Assembly: GCA_038203565.1 (NCBI GenBank) | Contig: JBBRDV010000012.1 | Location: forward strand, 1 to 30,473 | Length of the DNA: 30,473 nucleotides | Source: Atribacterota bacterium | GTDB taxonomy: Bacteria > Atribacterota > Phoenicimicrobiia > Phoenicimicrobiales > Phoenicimicrobiaceae | Direction of reading: 5' to 3' | In this document: positions 9,699 to 19,000 of the stretch, piece by piece | Layout: each line of letters starts with the position of its first letter | Position numbering within the stretch: position 1 is the stretch's first letter | Notes under the pieces: generated by a model | The model's database searches: none | Seen by the model: only the letters and a program-made list of their open reading frames with translations | What the model was told of the DNA's origin: nothing | Program-made: the position numbers and the translations under genes

Positions 9699-9877
9699 GT
9701 GGAAGAATATTTAACTGCAAAACAAGTAGCGAAATGCTTACAGGTAAAACCTTTTACTGTCTATCAATGGGAAAAACCAAAAAGATTCCAGCGGTTAAAA
9801 TTGGAAGAATCTGGCCTTTCAAAAAGGAGGTTATTGATAGTTTTTTAGAAAAGAAACCTGAGAAAAATAAGAAATAG
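9699..9877 (+). pseudogene. Excisionase-like HTH_17 DNA-binding protein, frameshifted
   Basis: GTG start, MEEYLTAKQVAKCLQVKPFTVYQW, then a frame change in the A-rich tract 9772-9783 to KIPAVKIGRIWPFKKEVIDSFLEKKPEKNKK*; absent from the ORF track. Confidence 0.78.
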
Positions 9878-9960
9878 CTGCTAAGTTGCCTGAGGAAAAT
9901 TCTTAATTATTTATTTTTTACTTCATTTTTGGTTATCAATTTATGAACACAGGAGGATAG

Positions 9961-11424
9961 ATGATGCATGTAGCGCAAAAACATAATAGAGATAAGAAAA
10001 ATTCCATTATATTTTTAACTCTACTTTTATTGTTTATCTTTTCTATTGCTTTTTACTCTTTTGCTGATAATAATGATGAATTTATTACACATGAAGTCAC
10101 GAATGGTGATACGCTCTGGAGCCTCTCTAAAGAATACAATGCACCCTTAAAATTAATCGTAGCTATTAATAATGTTGAAGATGAAGATACTTTATCCATC
10201 GGTCAGATAATTAAAATTCCTCAAGATAATCTACCTGCCGCTGATTATACCTTGCATACGGTAAAAAAAGGAGAGACTTTATGGTCAATTGCCCAAGAAT
10301 GTAATCTTTCTATAAATCAAATTATTACCGCCAATAATCTAGCTAATTCAGAATTAATTTCCATTGGACAGCAGATAGAAATTCCCTCTTCTAAAAGTAC
10401 TGCCCCTGAAACAAATATTATTACCCAGCAAGTTATTGATAAAAAGAATAGTAACATGAATAATAATATCAGTCCGCCCGAAAACGCAGAACCGACTATT
10501 TATACAGTTAAAGCAGGTGATAATTTATGGAATATTTCTCGAAAATACGGCGTTTCAGTAGCAGTTATTACTGATATAAACAACCTCAAGGATAAAGATC
10601 TTTTATCACCTGGTCAAAAAATAGAAATCCCAGCAATAGGGGGGGGAGTTTCTAATTCTAATCAGAAACAGGAACCTACCATTATAAATTATACCGTGGC
10701 AAAAGGGGATAATCTATGGAGCATATCCCAGAGATATGATGTCAATATGAGTACCATTATTTCTACCAATAATTTAAAGGAAATATCCCGGCTATCTATA
10801 GGTCAAAAATTGAAGCTGCCGATAACTAATATGGATATTGCCCAAGCAGAAGGATATAGCCAGGACACTGAAGCAGAGGAAATAATTTATTATGTAAAAA
10901 AAGGAGAAAATCTTTGGAGTATTTCGCGCGAATATAATGTAAAATTAGAAGCTATTATCGCAGCCAATAGAATTACTGATGCTTCCAGAATTTCTGCAGG
11001 GCAGGCATTGAGAATTCCCAATATACCCGGTACCCGCAGTAATATATATAACTTTATCTGGCCGGTAAGAGGAAGAATTACTTCTTCTTATGGGATGAGA
11101 GTTGTAAGCGGAAGGAATGATTTCCATGCTGGCATAGATATCGGAGGTGCTTCCGGGACTAATATAGTTGCTGCTGAGAGCGGTAAAGTAACCTATGCTG
11201 GTTATATGCGAGGATACGGTAATGTAATTATCTTAAGCCATAATGGTGGATATTCTACGGTATATGGTCATAACTCGGTAAATTTAGTGAAGGAAGGCCA
11301 GAGTATCAAAAAAGGCAGTGTAATCGCTAAAATGGGAAGAACTGGAAATGCTACAGGTACCCACCTTCATTTTGAAGTAAGGTTAAGTGGTAAACCGGTT
11401 AATCCTCTACCATATTTACAATAA
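9961..11424 (+). CDS. Peptidoglycan endopeptidase with five LysM domains and a C-terminal M23 domain
   Basis: Five (H/Y)xVxxG(D/E)xLWx(I/L) repeats; M23 motifs HAGID and TGTHLHFEVR; N-terminal hydrophobic segment. Confidence 0.93.
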   Translation: MMHVAQKHNRDKKNSIIFLTLLLLFIFSIAFYSFADNNDEFITHEVTNGDTLWSLSKEYNAPLKLIVAINNVEDEDTLSIGQIIKIPQDNLPAADYTLHTVKKGETLWSIAQECNLSINQIITANNLANSELISIGQQIEIPSSKSTAPETNIITQQVIDKKNSNMNNNISPPENAEPTIYTVKAGDNLWNISRKYGVSVAVITDINNLKDKDLLSPGQKIEIPAIGGGVSNSNQKQEPTIINYTVAKGDNLWSISQRYDVNMSTIISTNNLKEISRLSIGQKLKLPITNMDIAQAEGYSQDTEAEEIIYYVKKGENLWSISREYNVKLEAIIAANRITDASRISAGQALRIPNIPGTRSNIYNFIWPVRGRITSSYGMRVVSGRNDFHAGIDIGGASGTNIVAAESGKVTYAGYMRGYGNVIILSHNGGYSTVYGHNSVNLVKEGQSIKKGSVIAKMGRTGNATGTHLHFEVRLSGKPVNPLPYLQ

Positions 11425-11568
11425 GTAAATTATTTTTTTTAAGCCATTCATTTATCTTTAATCAAATCCGAATTCGCAACCATAACACAATAAGAAAAAA
11501 AGGAGGAAAATTATTTACAATAATCAATTGAGTAGGTTAATTAAAAAGCATTATAAAGGAGAATAAAT

Positions 11569-13203
11569 ATGAAAAGTAAATTGTTTTTAATTCTTTTGTT
11601 AACAGTAGGATTAGTATTTAGTGTAGTTGGAGCTTCTTCTGCAAGCGGTACTCTGGTATTTGGTAGTAGCGGTGATGTCTCGGGATTAGACCCTGCAGAC
11701 GTAACCGATGGAGAATCAATCCAGAGGATGGATAACATTTTTGAGGGATTAGTGGAATTTGAATCAGGTTCTACATTGATAAAACCTTGCTTGGCTACTT
11801 CCTGGGAGACATCTGCAGATGGGACAGAGATTGTTTTCCACTTAAGAGAAGGGGTTAAATTCCATGATGGCACAGACTTTAATGCAGATGCAGTGGTCTT
11901 TTCTTTTGCCCGCCAGTACGATACCGCCCATCCTTACAATCAATATGGTGAGTGGCCCTATTGGGGATATATGTTCTATGATATAGATAGAATGGAGAAG
12001 ATTAATGACTTTACGGTAAAACTTGTTTTAAAAAGACCAAATGCCTCTATTATGACCAGTTTAGCCATGTTTACGGTTTGTATTGTAAGCCCGACCAATG
12101 CCGAAAAATATAAAGAAGATGCCTTTAAAAATCCCTGCGGAACCGGTCCTTTTAAGTTTGTCGAATGGGTAAAAGATGACCATATTACCCTGGAAGCAAA
12201 TGAAAACTATTGGCGGGAAAGGGCCAGTTTGGATAAATTAATCTTCAAAGTTATTTCTGACCCTTCAGCCAGACTTATGGCTTTAGAAGTGGGCGAAGTA
12301 CAGGGAATAGAATATCCCAATCCAGCTGACTTAGACAGAATAAAGGCTAATAAAGATTTGAAACTTTTAACCGAACCAGGAATGAATGTCGGTTATATGG
12401 CTATGAATGAGGGATATGGATACATCGATGAAAATAAAAATGGTGTTCGTGATCTTGATTCAGAGCCTTTGGTTAAAACTCCGGGATATTTTGAACCCCT
12501 TACTAAAAAGGAAGTGAGACAGGCAATTAATCTGGCCATTGATAAACAATCGATAGTGGATAATCTTTATATGGGGACAGCCATTAAAGCTAAAAATGGA
12601 ATGCCTCCCTTTATGTTAGGGTACAATGATGATGTAGTAGATTATCCCTATGATCCTGCGAGAGCTAAAGAGTTGTTAGCTAAAGCCGGCTACCCGGATG
12701 GTTTTGAAGTGACTCTATATGTCATGCCGGTATCCCGGCCGTATATGTTCGATCCTCCCAAGATTGGGGAAGCGATTCAGAGCTATTTAGCGGCAGTGGG
12801 TATCACTGTAAAATTCTATCAGGTTGATTGGGGAACCTATCTACAGGAAACCATGGAAGGAAATCACCAGATGTGCCTTTTAGGGTGGACAGGGGATAAC
12901 GGAGATCCGGATAATTTTATGAATGTATTATACGGAGCGAATGCCTGTTCTATTGGTACTGCTGGAAATTATGCCTTCTATACGGATAATACTAACCAGG
13001 AATTGCTTTCCGCAGCTTTAGCCACTTATGATGAAGAAAAGAGAGCAGCCTATTATAAGAAGGCTCAGGAAATGATTCACGAAGATGCCGGTTGGGTTTA
13101 TCTGGCTCATTCAAATCAAAATATGGTCTTTAAAGCAAATGTAAATGGTTTTGTAATTAATCCCACTAGTAGATATTTTTTCTACCCGGTAGTAATAGAA
13201 TAG
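11569..13203 (+). CDS. dppA: Dipeptide/oligopeptide ABC transporter substrate-binding protein (SBP family 5)
   Basis: LATSWE, LREGVKFHDGTDFNADAVVFS, GTGPFKF, VRQAI, GWTGDNGDPDNF. Confidence 0.92.
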   Translation: MKSKLFLILLLTVGLVFSVVGASSASGTLVFGSSGDVSGLDPADVTDGESIQRMDNIFEGLVEFESGSTLIKPCLATSWETSADGTEIVFHLREGVKFHDGTDFNADAVVFSFARQYDTAHPYNQYGEWPYWGYMFYDIDRMEKINDFTVKLVLKRPNASIMTSLAMFTVCIVSPTNAEKYKEDAFKNPCGTGPFKFVEWVKDDHITLEANENYWRERASLDKLIFKVISDPSARLMALEVGEVQGIEYPNPADLDRIKANKDLKLLTEPGMNVGYMAMNEGYGYIDENKNGVRDLDSEPLVKTPGYFEPLTKKEVRQAINLAIDKQSIVDNLYMGTAIKAKNGMPPFMLGYNDDVVDYPYDPARAKELLAKAGYPDGFEVTLYVMPVSRPYMFDPPKIGEAIQSYLAAVGITVKFYQVDWGTYLQETMEGNHQMCLLGWTGDNGDPDNFMNVLYGANACSIGTAGNYAFYTDNTNQELLSAALATYDEEKRAAYYKKAQEMIHEDAGWVYLAHSNQNMVFKANVNGFVINPTSRYFFYPVVIE

Positions 13204-13234
13204 AAAAACTCTCTTAGTTTGAATTTTCCTAAAT

Positions 13235-13302
13235 GGGAAGGGGTAGCTTAGTTGCCCCTTCCCCGAGTAAAATTAAAATGTGCCTGCAAGGGCACTTTTT
13301 TT
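13235..13302 (+). terminator. Two hairpins after dppA, the second an intrinsic terminator
   Basis: gggaaggggtagc-tta-gttgccccttccc, then gtgcc-tgcaag-ggcac followed by T7. Confidence 0.75.
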
Positions 13303-13308
13303 ATCTTA

Positions 13309-13336
13309 TTGCATTTTAATGGTTAAAAAGTATAAT
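13309..13336 (+). promoter_or_regulatory. Putative internal sigma70 promoter for dppBCDF
   Basis: TTGCAT-N16-TATAAT immediately after the terminator. Confidence 0.5.
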
Positions 13337-13374
13337 AGTATAAGTATAATTAAAAAAAAGATAGGGATGAGTAG

Positions 13375-14379
13375 ATGAAGTGGTATATTACCAAAAGATT
13401 ATTCATGTTAATCCCGGTACTATTAGGAGTATCTATTCTCGCCTTTTCTTTGATTCGTTTAGCTCCCGGTGACCCGGCAGTAACCATAGCCGGACAACAT
13501 GCCTCTCCCCAGGTTATCAGTGCTATCAGAGAAAAATACGGGTTAAATAAACCCCTCACTACACAATATTGGATCTGGCTGAAACAGGTTTTACATGGGG
13601 ATTTGGGACGTTCCATCGTCTCTAATGAATTCGTAGCCAAGGAAATATTGGAAAGATTTCCCAATACAATCGAACTGACAATGTTATCCATGTTTTTTGC
13701 TATCATTGTAGGTTGTATTGCCGGGATTATCTCTGCTTCGAGGCAGTATTCGATTTTTGATTATAGTATTATGGGGCTTGCCCTTTTTGGCGTATCAATG
13801 CCTGTTTTCTGGTTGGGAATTATGTTAATGATGATTTTTGGTGTTTGGTTGAGATGGCTTCCCATCAGTGGGCGCATAAGTATGATGATTTCTTTCCAAC
13901 GAATTACCGGTTTTTACCTCCTGGATAGTCTCATGACCGGCAATTTCGCAGCTTTCATAAGTTCACTTCGTTATTTAATTTTACCTTCCATTGCTTTATC
14001 TACTATTCCGATGGCTACCATTGCCCGGGTAACCAGGTCGAGTATGTTAGAAGTATTAAGACAGGATTTTATAAGAACTGAAAGGGCTAAAGGATTATCA
14101 GAGAGAATGGTCATCTATAAACATGCGGTAAGAAATGCTATGATTCCGGTCATTACCGTAATCGGATTGAATTTTGGCTTACTGCTTGCCGGAGCTATCT
14201 TGACAGAAACAGTCTTTTCCTGGCCCGGAATAGGCAGATATGTGGTCAACGGAGTAACTATGAGAGATTATCCTGTAGTACAGGGGTGTGTATTGTTTTT
14301 TGCTTTAATGTTTGTAATCGTGAATTTAATAACCGATATTTTGTATCTTTATATTGATCCAAGAATTCATTACGGATAG
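13375..14379 (+). CDS. dppB: Peptide ABC transporter permease
   Basis: PGDPA, GDLGRS, SMPVFWLG, EAA loop DFIRTERAKGL, ETVFSWPGIG. Confidence 0.93.
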   Translation: MKWYITKRLFMLIPVLLGVSILAFSLIRLAPGDPAVTIAGQHASPQVISAIREKYGLNKPLTTQYWIWLKQVLHGDLGRSIVSNEFVAKEILERFPNTIELTMLSMFFAIIVGCIAGIISASRQYSIFDYSIMGLALFGVSMPVFWLGIMLMMIFGVWLRWLPISGRISMMISFQRITGFYLLDSLMTGNFAAFISSLRYLILPSIALSTIPMATIARVTRSSMLEVLRQDFIRTERAKGLSERMVIYKHAVRNAMIPVITVIGLNFGLLLAGAILTETVFSWPGIGRYVVNGVTMRDYPVVQGCVLFFALMFVIVNLITDILYLYIDPRIHYG

Positions 14380-14386
14380 GAAAAAA

Positions 14387-15268
14387 ATGAAAAGAACAAG
14401 AGAGACTAAAACCCATGAATTGGTAAGAAGGCTTAAATATAATAAATCAGCAGTCTTTGGCTTAGCAATTATTGTCATACTGATTTTATGTGCCTTATTA
14501 GCTAATTATATTGCTCCCAATAACCCTACTCCTTCTCCTCCGGAACTTTTCAAGGCTTTAAAACCGGGATTCTGGAGCGAAGATAAAGTGGAAGGTATGC
14601 CCTTAGGGGCTGATGCCCTGGGAAGATGTATTTTAAGTCGAATTCTCTTTGGTGCCAGAGTCAGTTTAACTGCTGGTTTTGTAGCAGTGGGAATTGCTAT
14701 GGTTTTAGGTATAACTTTCGGAACGGCAGCTGGCTATTATGGCGGTTGGGTGGATGCAGTTATTATGAGAATTGTAGATATTATGTTTGCCTTTCCTGCC
14801 TTGTTACTGGCTATTGTCATTGTAACCGTTCTGGGTCAGGGATTGGATAAAGCCATGATAGCAATAGGTATAGTCTATACCCCCCAGATGGCCAGGATTA
14901 TCAGAAGCTCGGTACTCTACATTAAAGAGATGGAATATATCGAAGTCCAAAAAGCAATCGGCTCGAGCGATGCAAGAATTATTTTTCGCCATGTTCTACC
15001 CAATAGTATAGCCCCGGTCATTGTATACGGCACCTTGATGTTAGCCTCTGCCATTTTAGACTGTGCAGCTCTTGGTTTTTTAGGGTTAGGAGCTCAACCT
15101 CCCACTCCGGAATGGGGTGCTATGCTCTCTAAAAGCTATTCCTATATTGTAAGTGGCGCATGGTGGGCAGCAACATTTCCCGGACTAGCGATATTATTTT
15201 CGGTTATAGGTCTCAACCTATTAGGAGACGGTTTAAGAGATATTTTAGACCCCCGGCTTAAAACTTAA
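14387..15268 (+). CDS. dppC: Peptide ABC transporter permease
   Basis: LGADALGRCILSR, RHVLPN, LGFLGLGAQPPTPEWGAML, GDGLRDILDP; ATG 14387 preferred to 14354. Confidence 0.92.
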   Translation: MKRTRETKTHELVRRLKYNKSAVFGLAIIVILILCALLANYIAPNNPTPSPPELFKALKPGFWSEDKVEGMPLGADALGRCILSRILFGARVSLTAGFVAVGIAMVLGITFGTAAGYYGGWVDAVIMRIVDIMFAFPALLLAIVIVTVLGQGLDKAMIAIGIVYTPQMARIIRSSVLYIKEMEYIEVQKAIGSSDARIIFRHVLPNSIAPVIVYGTLMLASAILDCAALGFLGLGAQPPTPEWGAMLSKSYSYIVSGAWWAATFPGLAILFSVIGLNLLGDGLRDILDPRLKT

Positions 15269-15300
15269 TGGTGTACCACCAGGATAAAACAAGGCAAGAT

Positions 15301-16284
15301 ATGAAAACATTACTGGAAATAAAAAATTTAAAAACTCATTTTTTTACCCATGAGGGAACAGTAAAGGCTGTAGATGGAGTCAGTTTTAAAATTAATCAAG
15401 GGGAAACTTTAGGACTTGTAGGAGAATCCGGAAGTGGTAAGAGTGTTACTGCCTTGTCGATTATGAGATTGATTCCTCATCCTCCGGGAAGGATTGTGGG
15501 GGGAGAAATACACTTCGAGGGCAGAGACCTCTTAAAATTAGAGGATAAAGAAATTAGAAAGATAAGAGGGAAGAAAATATCAATGATCTTCCAAGAACCC
15601 ATGACTTCATTGGACCCGGTATTTACCATTGGATATGAAATTGGAGAAGTTATTCAATTGCATCAGGGATTAAATAAAAAAGAGGCCAGAAAAAAAGCCA
15701 TAGAGATATTGAAAATTGTAGGGATACCGGATGTAGAGAAGAGAATAGATAATTACCCTCATGAGTTATCCGGGGGGATGAGACAGAGAGTGATGATTGC
15801 CATGGCTCTATCATGTAATCCCACTTTACTTATTGCTGATGAACCTACAACTGCCCTTGATGTTACCATTCAAGCTCAGATTTTAAGATTAATTAATGAA
15901 TTAAAAGGCGAATTTGGAGCATCGGTTATGTTAATAACCCATGATCTGGGAGTCATTGCGGAAATGTGTGATAATGTAGCGGTAATGTATGCCGGGCATA
16001 TTGTAGAATATACAGATGTATATACACTTTTTAACAACCCCCTTCATCCTTACACTAAAGGCTTAAGTAAATCAATACCCCGAATGAATATTGATGTAGA
16101 ACATCTTGATGCTATTCCGGGTATAGTCCCTAATCTCCTTGATTTGCCTTCAGGATGTCCATTTCACCCCAGATGTGATTTCAGTTTTAAAAGATGTGTT
16201 GAAGAGATGCCAGAACTGATAGAGATAGAAAATTCTCATCTGGTAAAATGTCATTTAATCAAGGGGAGGATAAGGAGTAAATAG
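15301..16284 (+). CDS. dppD: Peptide ABC transporter ATP-binding protein
   Basis: [26 protein letters not shown]-terminal GCPFHPRC; alternative start at 15268. Confidence 0.93.
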   Translation: MKTLLEIKNLKTHFFTHEGTVKAVDGVSFKINQGETLGLVGESGSGKSVTALSIMRLIPHPPGRIVGGEIHFEGRDLLKLEDKEIRKIRGKKISMIFQEPMTSLDPVFTIGYEIGEVIQLHQGLNKKEARKKAIEILKIVGIPDVEKRIDNYPHELSGGMRQRVMIAMALSCNPTLLIADEPTTALDVTIQAQILRLINELKGEFGASVMLITHDLGVIAEMCDNVAVMYAGHIVEYTDVYTLFNNPLHPYTKGLSKSIPRMNIDVEHLDAIPGIVPNLLDLPSGCPFHPRCDFSFKRCVEEMPELIEIENSHLVKCHLIKGRIRSK

Positions 16285-16289
16285 GTAGA

Positions 16290-17252
16290 ATGGAAAAATC
16301 GGTAGAAGTTAAAAATCTAAAAAAATGGTTCTGGATAGGCAAATCACCTTTAGATAAAAAAAAGGCAGTTAGGGCGGTAGATGATGTAAGTTTTTATGTG
16401 GGGAAGAAAGAAGTTCTTGGCCTGGTGGGAGAATCAGGATGCGGAAAAACGACCTGTGGGAAAACTATACTAAGAATATTAGATCCAACAGAAGGCAAGA
16501 TCTATTTTAATGGTCAGGAAATAACTCATTTAAGAAAAAAAGAGATGATCATGATTAGAAGAAAGATGATGATTATCTATCAGGACCCCTTTGGTTCCCT
16601 CGATCCCAGAATGACTATAGGAGCAACTATTAATGAACCAATGGAAGTACATAAGATTGGTTCTAAAAAAGAACGAGAAGAGAGGGTCATTGAGATTATG
16701 GAAAAGGTTGGTCTTCTTCCAGACCAGGTAAACAGATACCCTCACGAATTTAGCGGCGGCCAAAGGCAGAGAATAGGAATTGCCAGAGCTTTAGCCACTG
16801 GTCCGGAATTTATTGTTGCCGATGAATGCGTTTCTGCTTTGGATGTTTCCATTCAAGCCCAGATTATTAATTTATTACAGGATTTACAGAAAGAATTCGG
16901 ATTGACCATTTTATTTGTAGCGCATGATTTAAGCGTAATAAAACATATCTGTGATAGAGTTGCAGTCATGTATTTAGGTAAGATAGTAGAGACTGCCCCA
17001 AAAAGAGAATTATTTAATAACCCTAAGCACCCCTATACCCAGGCATTGCTTTCCGCCATACCCATTCCCGATCCTAAATTTAGAAAAAAAGGTCAAATTT
17101 TAATGGGTGATGTTCCCAGTCCGGTAAATCCTCCTTCCGGATGCCGATTCCATACCAGATGTTCTTATGTAAAAACTGTATGTAGAGAAGAAGAGCCGGA
17201 ACTGAAATGTTTCGAAAATAATCACTATGTAGCCTGCCATCTATTTTTTTAG
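16290..17252 (+). CDS. dppF: Peptide ABC transporter ATP-binding protein
   Basis: GESGCGKT, FSGGQRQR, HPYTQALL, GCRFHTRC. Confidence 0.93.
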   Translation: MEKSVEVKNLKKWFWIGKSPLDKKKAVRAVDDVSFYVGKKEVLGLVGESGCGKTTCGKTILRILDPTEGKIYFNGQEITHLRKKEMIMIRRKMMIIYQDPFGSLDPRMTIGATINEPMEVHKIGSKKEREERVIEIMEKVGLLPDQVNRYPHEFSGGQRQRIGIARALATGPEFIVADECVSALDVSIQAQIINLLQDLQKEFGLTILFVAHDLSVIKHICDRVAVMYLGKIVETAPKRELFNNPKHPYTQALLSAIPIPDPKFRKKGQILMGDVPSPVNPPSGCRFHTRCSYVKTVCREEEPELKCFENNHYVACHLFF

Positions 17253-17366
17253 ATGATTAGATAAAATTAATACTTATATTTTTACTAATTATTCACATTG
17301 TTAGTGTAAACTTTAGTGGGGTAGTTAGAGAAAGATTAGAGGAATAAAAAGATACGAAAGATAGTT

Positions 17367-17395
17367 TTGTATTTTTAGTAAAAAAATGGTATAAT
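17367..17395 (+). promoter_or_regulatory. Sigma70 promoter of carD (extended -10)
   Basis: TTGTAT-N17-TATAAT with TG at 17387-17388. Confidence 0.6.
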
Positions 17396-17447
17396 GTTAA
17401 AAAATAAAAAGATAGGAAGTGATTAACGGGTTTAAAAAATCCAAAAA

Positions 17448-17960
17448 ATGTTTAAAATCGGTGATAAAGTATCTCACCCTTCCTTTGGGGTTGGAGACAT
17501 TGAAAAGATAGAAGAAAAGAAAGTATTGGGGCAAAAAGAAAAATACTATATTCTAAAATTAATGGTAAACGAAATGACTTTAATGGTTCCAATAAATAAA
17601 GCTGAAGAAATTGGCTTAAGGTATATTATTGACCCTGAAACTGTACCAGACGTTTTAAACGTGTTAAGCGATAGAATAGACGATGAAATGCATGAAAATT
17701 ATAAGCAGAGGATAAGATCTCAAACAGAAATGGTTGATAGTGGAGATATCTTAAAAGTAGCTCAGGTAGTAAAAAACTATACTCATCGAGGTACTGAAGA
17801 AAAATTATCTTCCACAGAGCGAGGATTATTCGAGAGAGCTCGCAAGATCTTAGTAGGTGAAATTAGTACTGCTTGCAATATTGAAAAAAATAAAGCAAAA
17901 TATATAATTAAGGAAGCAGTTAGCAAAGGGGATATAAGCAGGCAGACAAAAAGTCATTGA
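17448..17960 (+). CDS. carD: CarD family transcriptional regulator
   Basis: MFKIGDKVSHPSFGVG, LMVP...IGLR, SGDI...LSSTER..FERARKILVGEI. Confidence 0.9.
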   Translation: MFKIGDKVSHPSFGVGDIEKIEEKKVLGQKEKYYILKLMVNEMTLMVPINKAEEIGLRYIIDPETVPDVLNVLSDRIDDEMHENYKQRIRSQTEMVDSGDILKVAQVVKNYTHRGTEEKLSSTERGLFERARKILVGEISTACNIEKNKAKYIIKEAVSKGDISRQTKSH

Positions 17961-17998
17961 AAAAATCAAATTGCTAAAAATTTAATATTAAATGAAAA

Positions 17999-18038
17999 AT
18001 AAAATAGAGCCCATGGTTCTCCATGGGCTCTATTTTAT
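17999..18038. terminator. Perfect 18-bp stem hairpin, probable terminator
   Basis: ataaaatagagcccatgg-ttct-ccatgggctctattttat. Confidence 0.7.
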
Positions 18039-18069
18039 AGGAAATATAACAAAAAGGAGAAATGTTATT

Positions 18070-18936
18070 ATGACTAAGGTTATTGATGGAAGAAGAATAG
18101 CTAAAGAGATTAATGAATCTTTAAAGGCAAAAGTAGAAAATTTTATTAATGAACATAGAATAACCCCTAAATTAGCAGTAGTCATGGTAGGAGGAGACCC
18201 GGCATCCTTATTTTATGTAAAGATGATTGCTAAATCCTGCGAAAGAGCTTCTATTGACTTTGAAAAACATAGTTTGCCTTCCGAAACCACCGAAGAAGAA
18301 CTCTTAAAACTCATAGACAATTTAAATAAGAATAAAAAAGTAAGTGGGATTATAGTGCAAGTACCACTTCCCAAGCATATAAACCAGGAGCGGATCCAGG
18401 AAGCAGTAAATCCTTGCAAAGATGTAGATTGTTTTAACCCTATAAATATGGGAAGACTGGCTTTAGGTAAACCGGAGTTTTTACCTTGCACGCCTTATGC
18501 AGTATATGAATTAATAAAGAGAGAAAATATTGTTGTAGAGGGAAAACATACCGTTATCTTAGGAAGGAGTAATATTGTAGGAAGACCAATGGCCCTCATA
18601 CTTCTCCAGAAAAAGCAGTATGCCAATGCTACTCTTACCATCTGTCATTCTCGAACTAATGATTTAAGTTACTTTACTCGTCAGGCAGATATTCTAATTG
18701 CTGCAGTAGGAAAACCAGAGATAATTAAAGGGGATATGGTAAAAGAAGGAGTAGTAATTATAGATGTGGGGACTAATGAGGTAGAAGGAAAATTGGTGGG
18801 GGATGTAGCTTACGAGGAAGTCTGGGATAAAGCATCTATCATTACTCCGGTTCCCGGAGGAATAGGACCGATAACTAATGTTATGCTGATGCAGAACACT
18901 TTAAAAGCAGCGGGAAATTTAGTCGTTAGTGAATAG
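18070..18936 (+). CDS. folD: Methylenetetrahydrofolate dehydrogenase (FolD family)
   Basis: IDGRRIA, GIIVQVPLP, KDVD, PCTP, GRSNIVGRP, TPVPGGIGP; AAGGAG RBS favours ATG 18070 over 17992. Confidence 0.93.
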   Translation: MTKVIDGRRIAKEINESLKAKVENFINEHRITPKLAVVMVGGDPASLFYVKMIAKSCERASIDFEKHSLPSETTEEELLKLIDNLNKNKKVSGIIVQVPLPKHINQERIQEAVNPCKDVDCFNPINMGRLALGKPEFLPCTPYAVYELIKRENIVVEGKHTVILGRSNIVGRPMALILLQKKQYANATLTICHSRTNDLSYFTRQADILIAAVGKPEIIKGDMVKEGVVIIDVGTNEVEGKLVGDVAYEEVWDKASIITPVPGGIGPITNVMLMQNTLKAAGNLVVSE

Positions 18937-18952
18937 CCTGTGCGTGCCCAAA

Positions 18953-19000
18953 GTAGGATAGGCGTTCCCCGTTTTCACGAGGGCAAGCTCGACTGTCCTA
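18953..19000. repeat. GC-rich REP-like nested hairpin between convergent folD and mnmG
   Basis: gtaggatag...ctgtccta outer stem enclosing ccccg-ttttca-cgaggg. Confidence 0.4.

Noticed and set aside
10639..10646. G8 tract in the LysM-M23 gene as a phase-variation site
   Set aside because: In frame, encodes Gly-Gly-Gly in a linker, and is short
10090..11020. Repeated segments as a possible DNA repeat array or CRISPR
   Set aside because: Explained by five LysM protein domains; no CRISPR repeat-spacer pattern seen anywhere in the window
17992..18069. N-terminal extension of FolD
   Set aside because: It crosses the terminator hairpin; RBS and homology start at 18070
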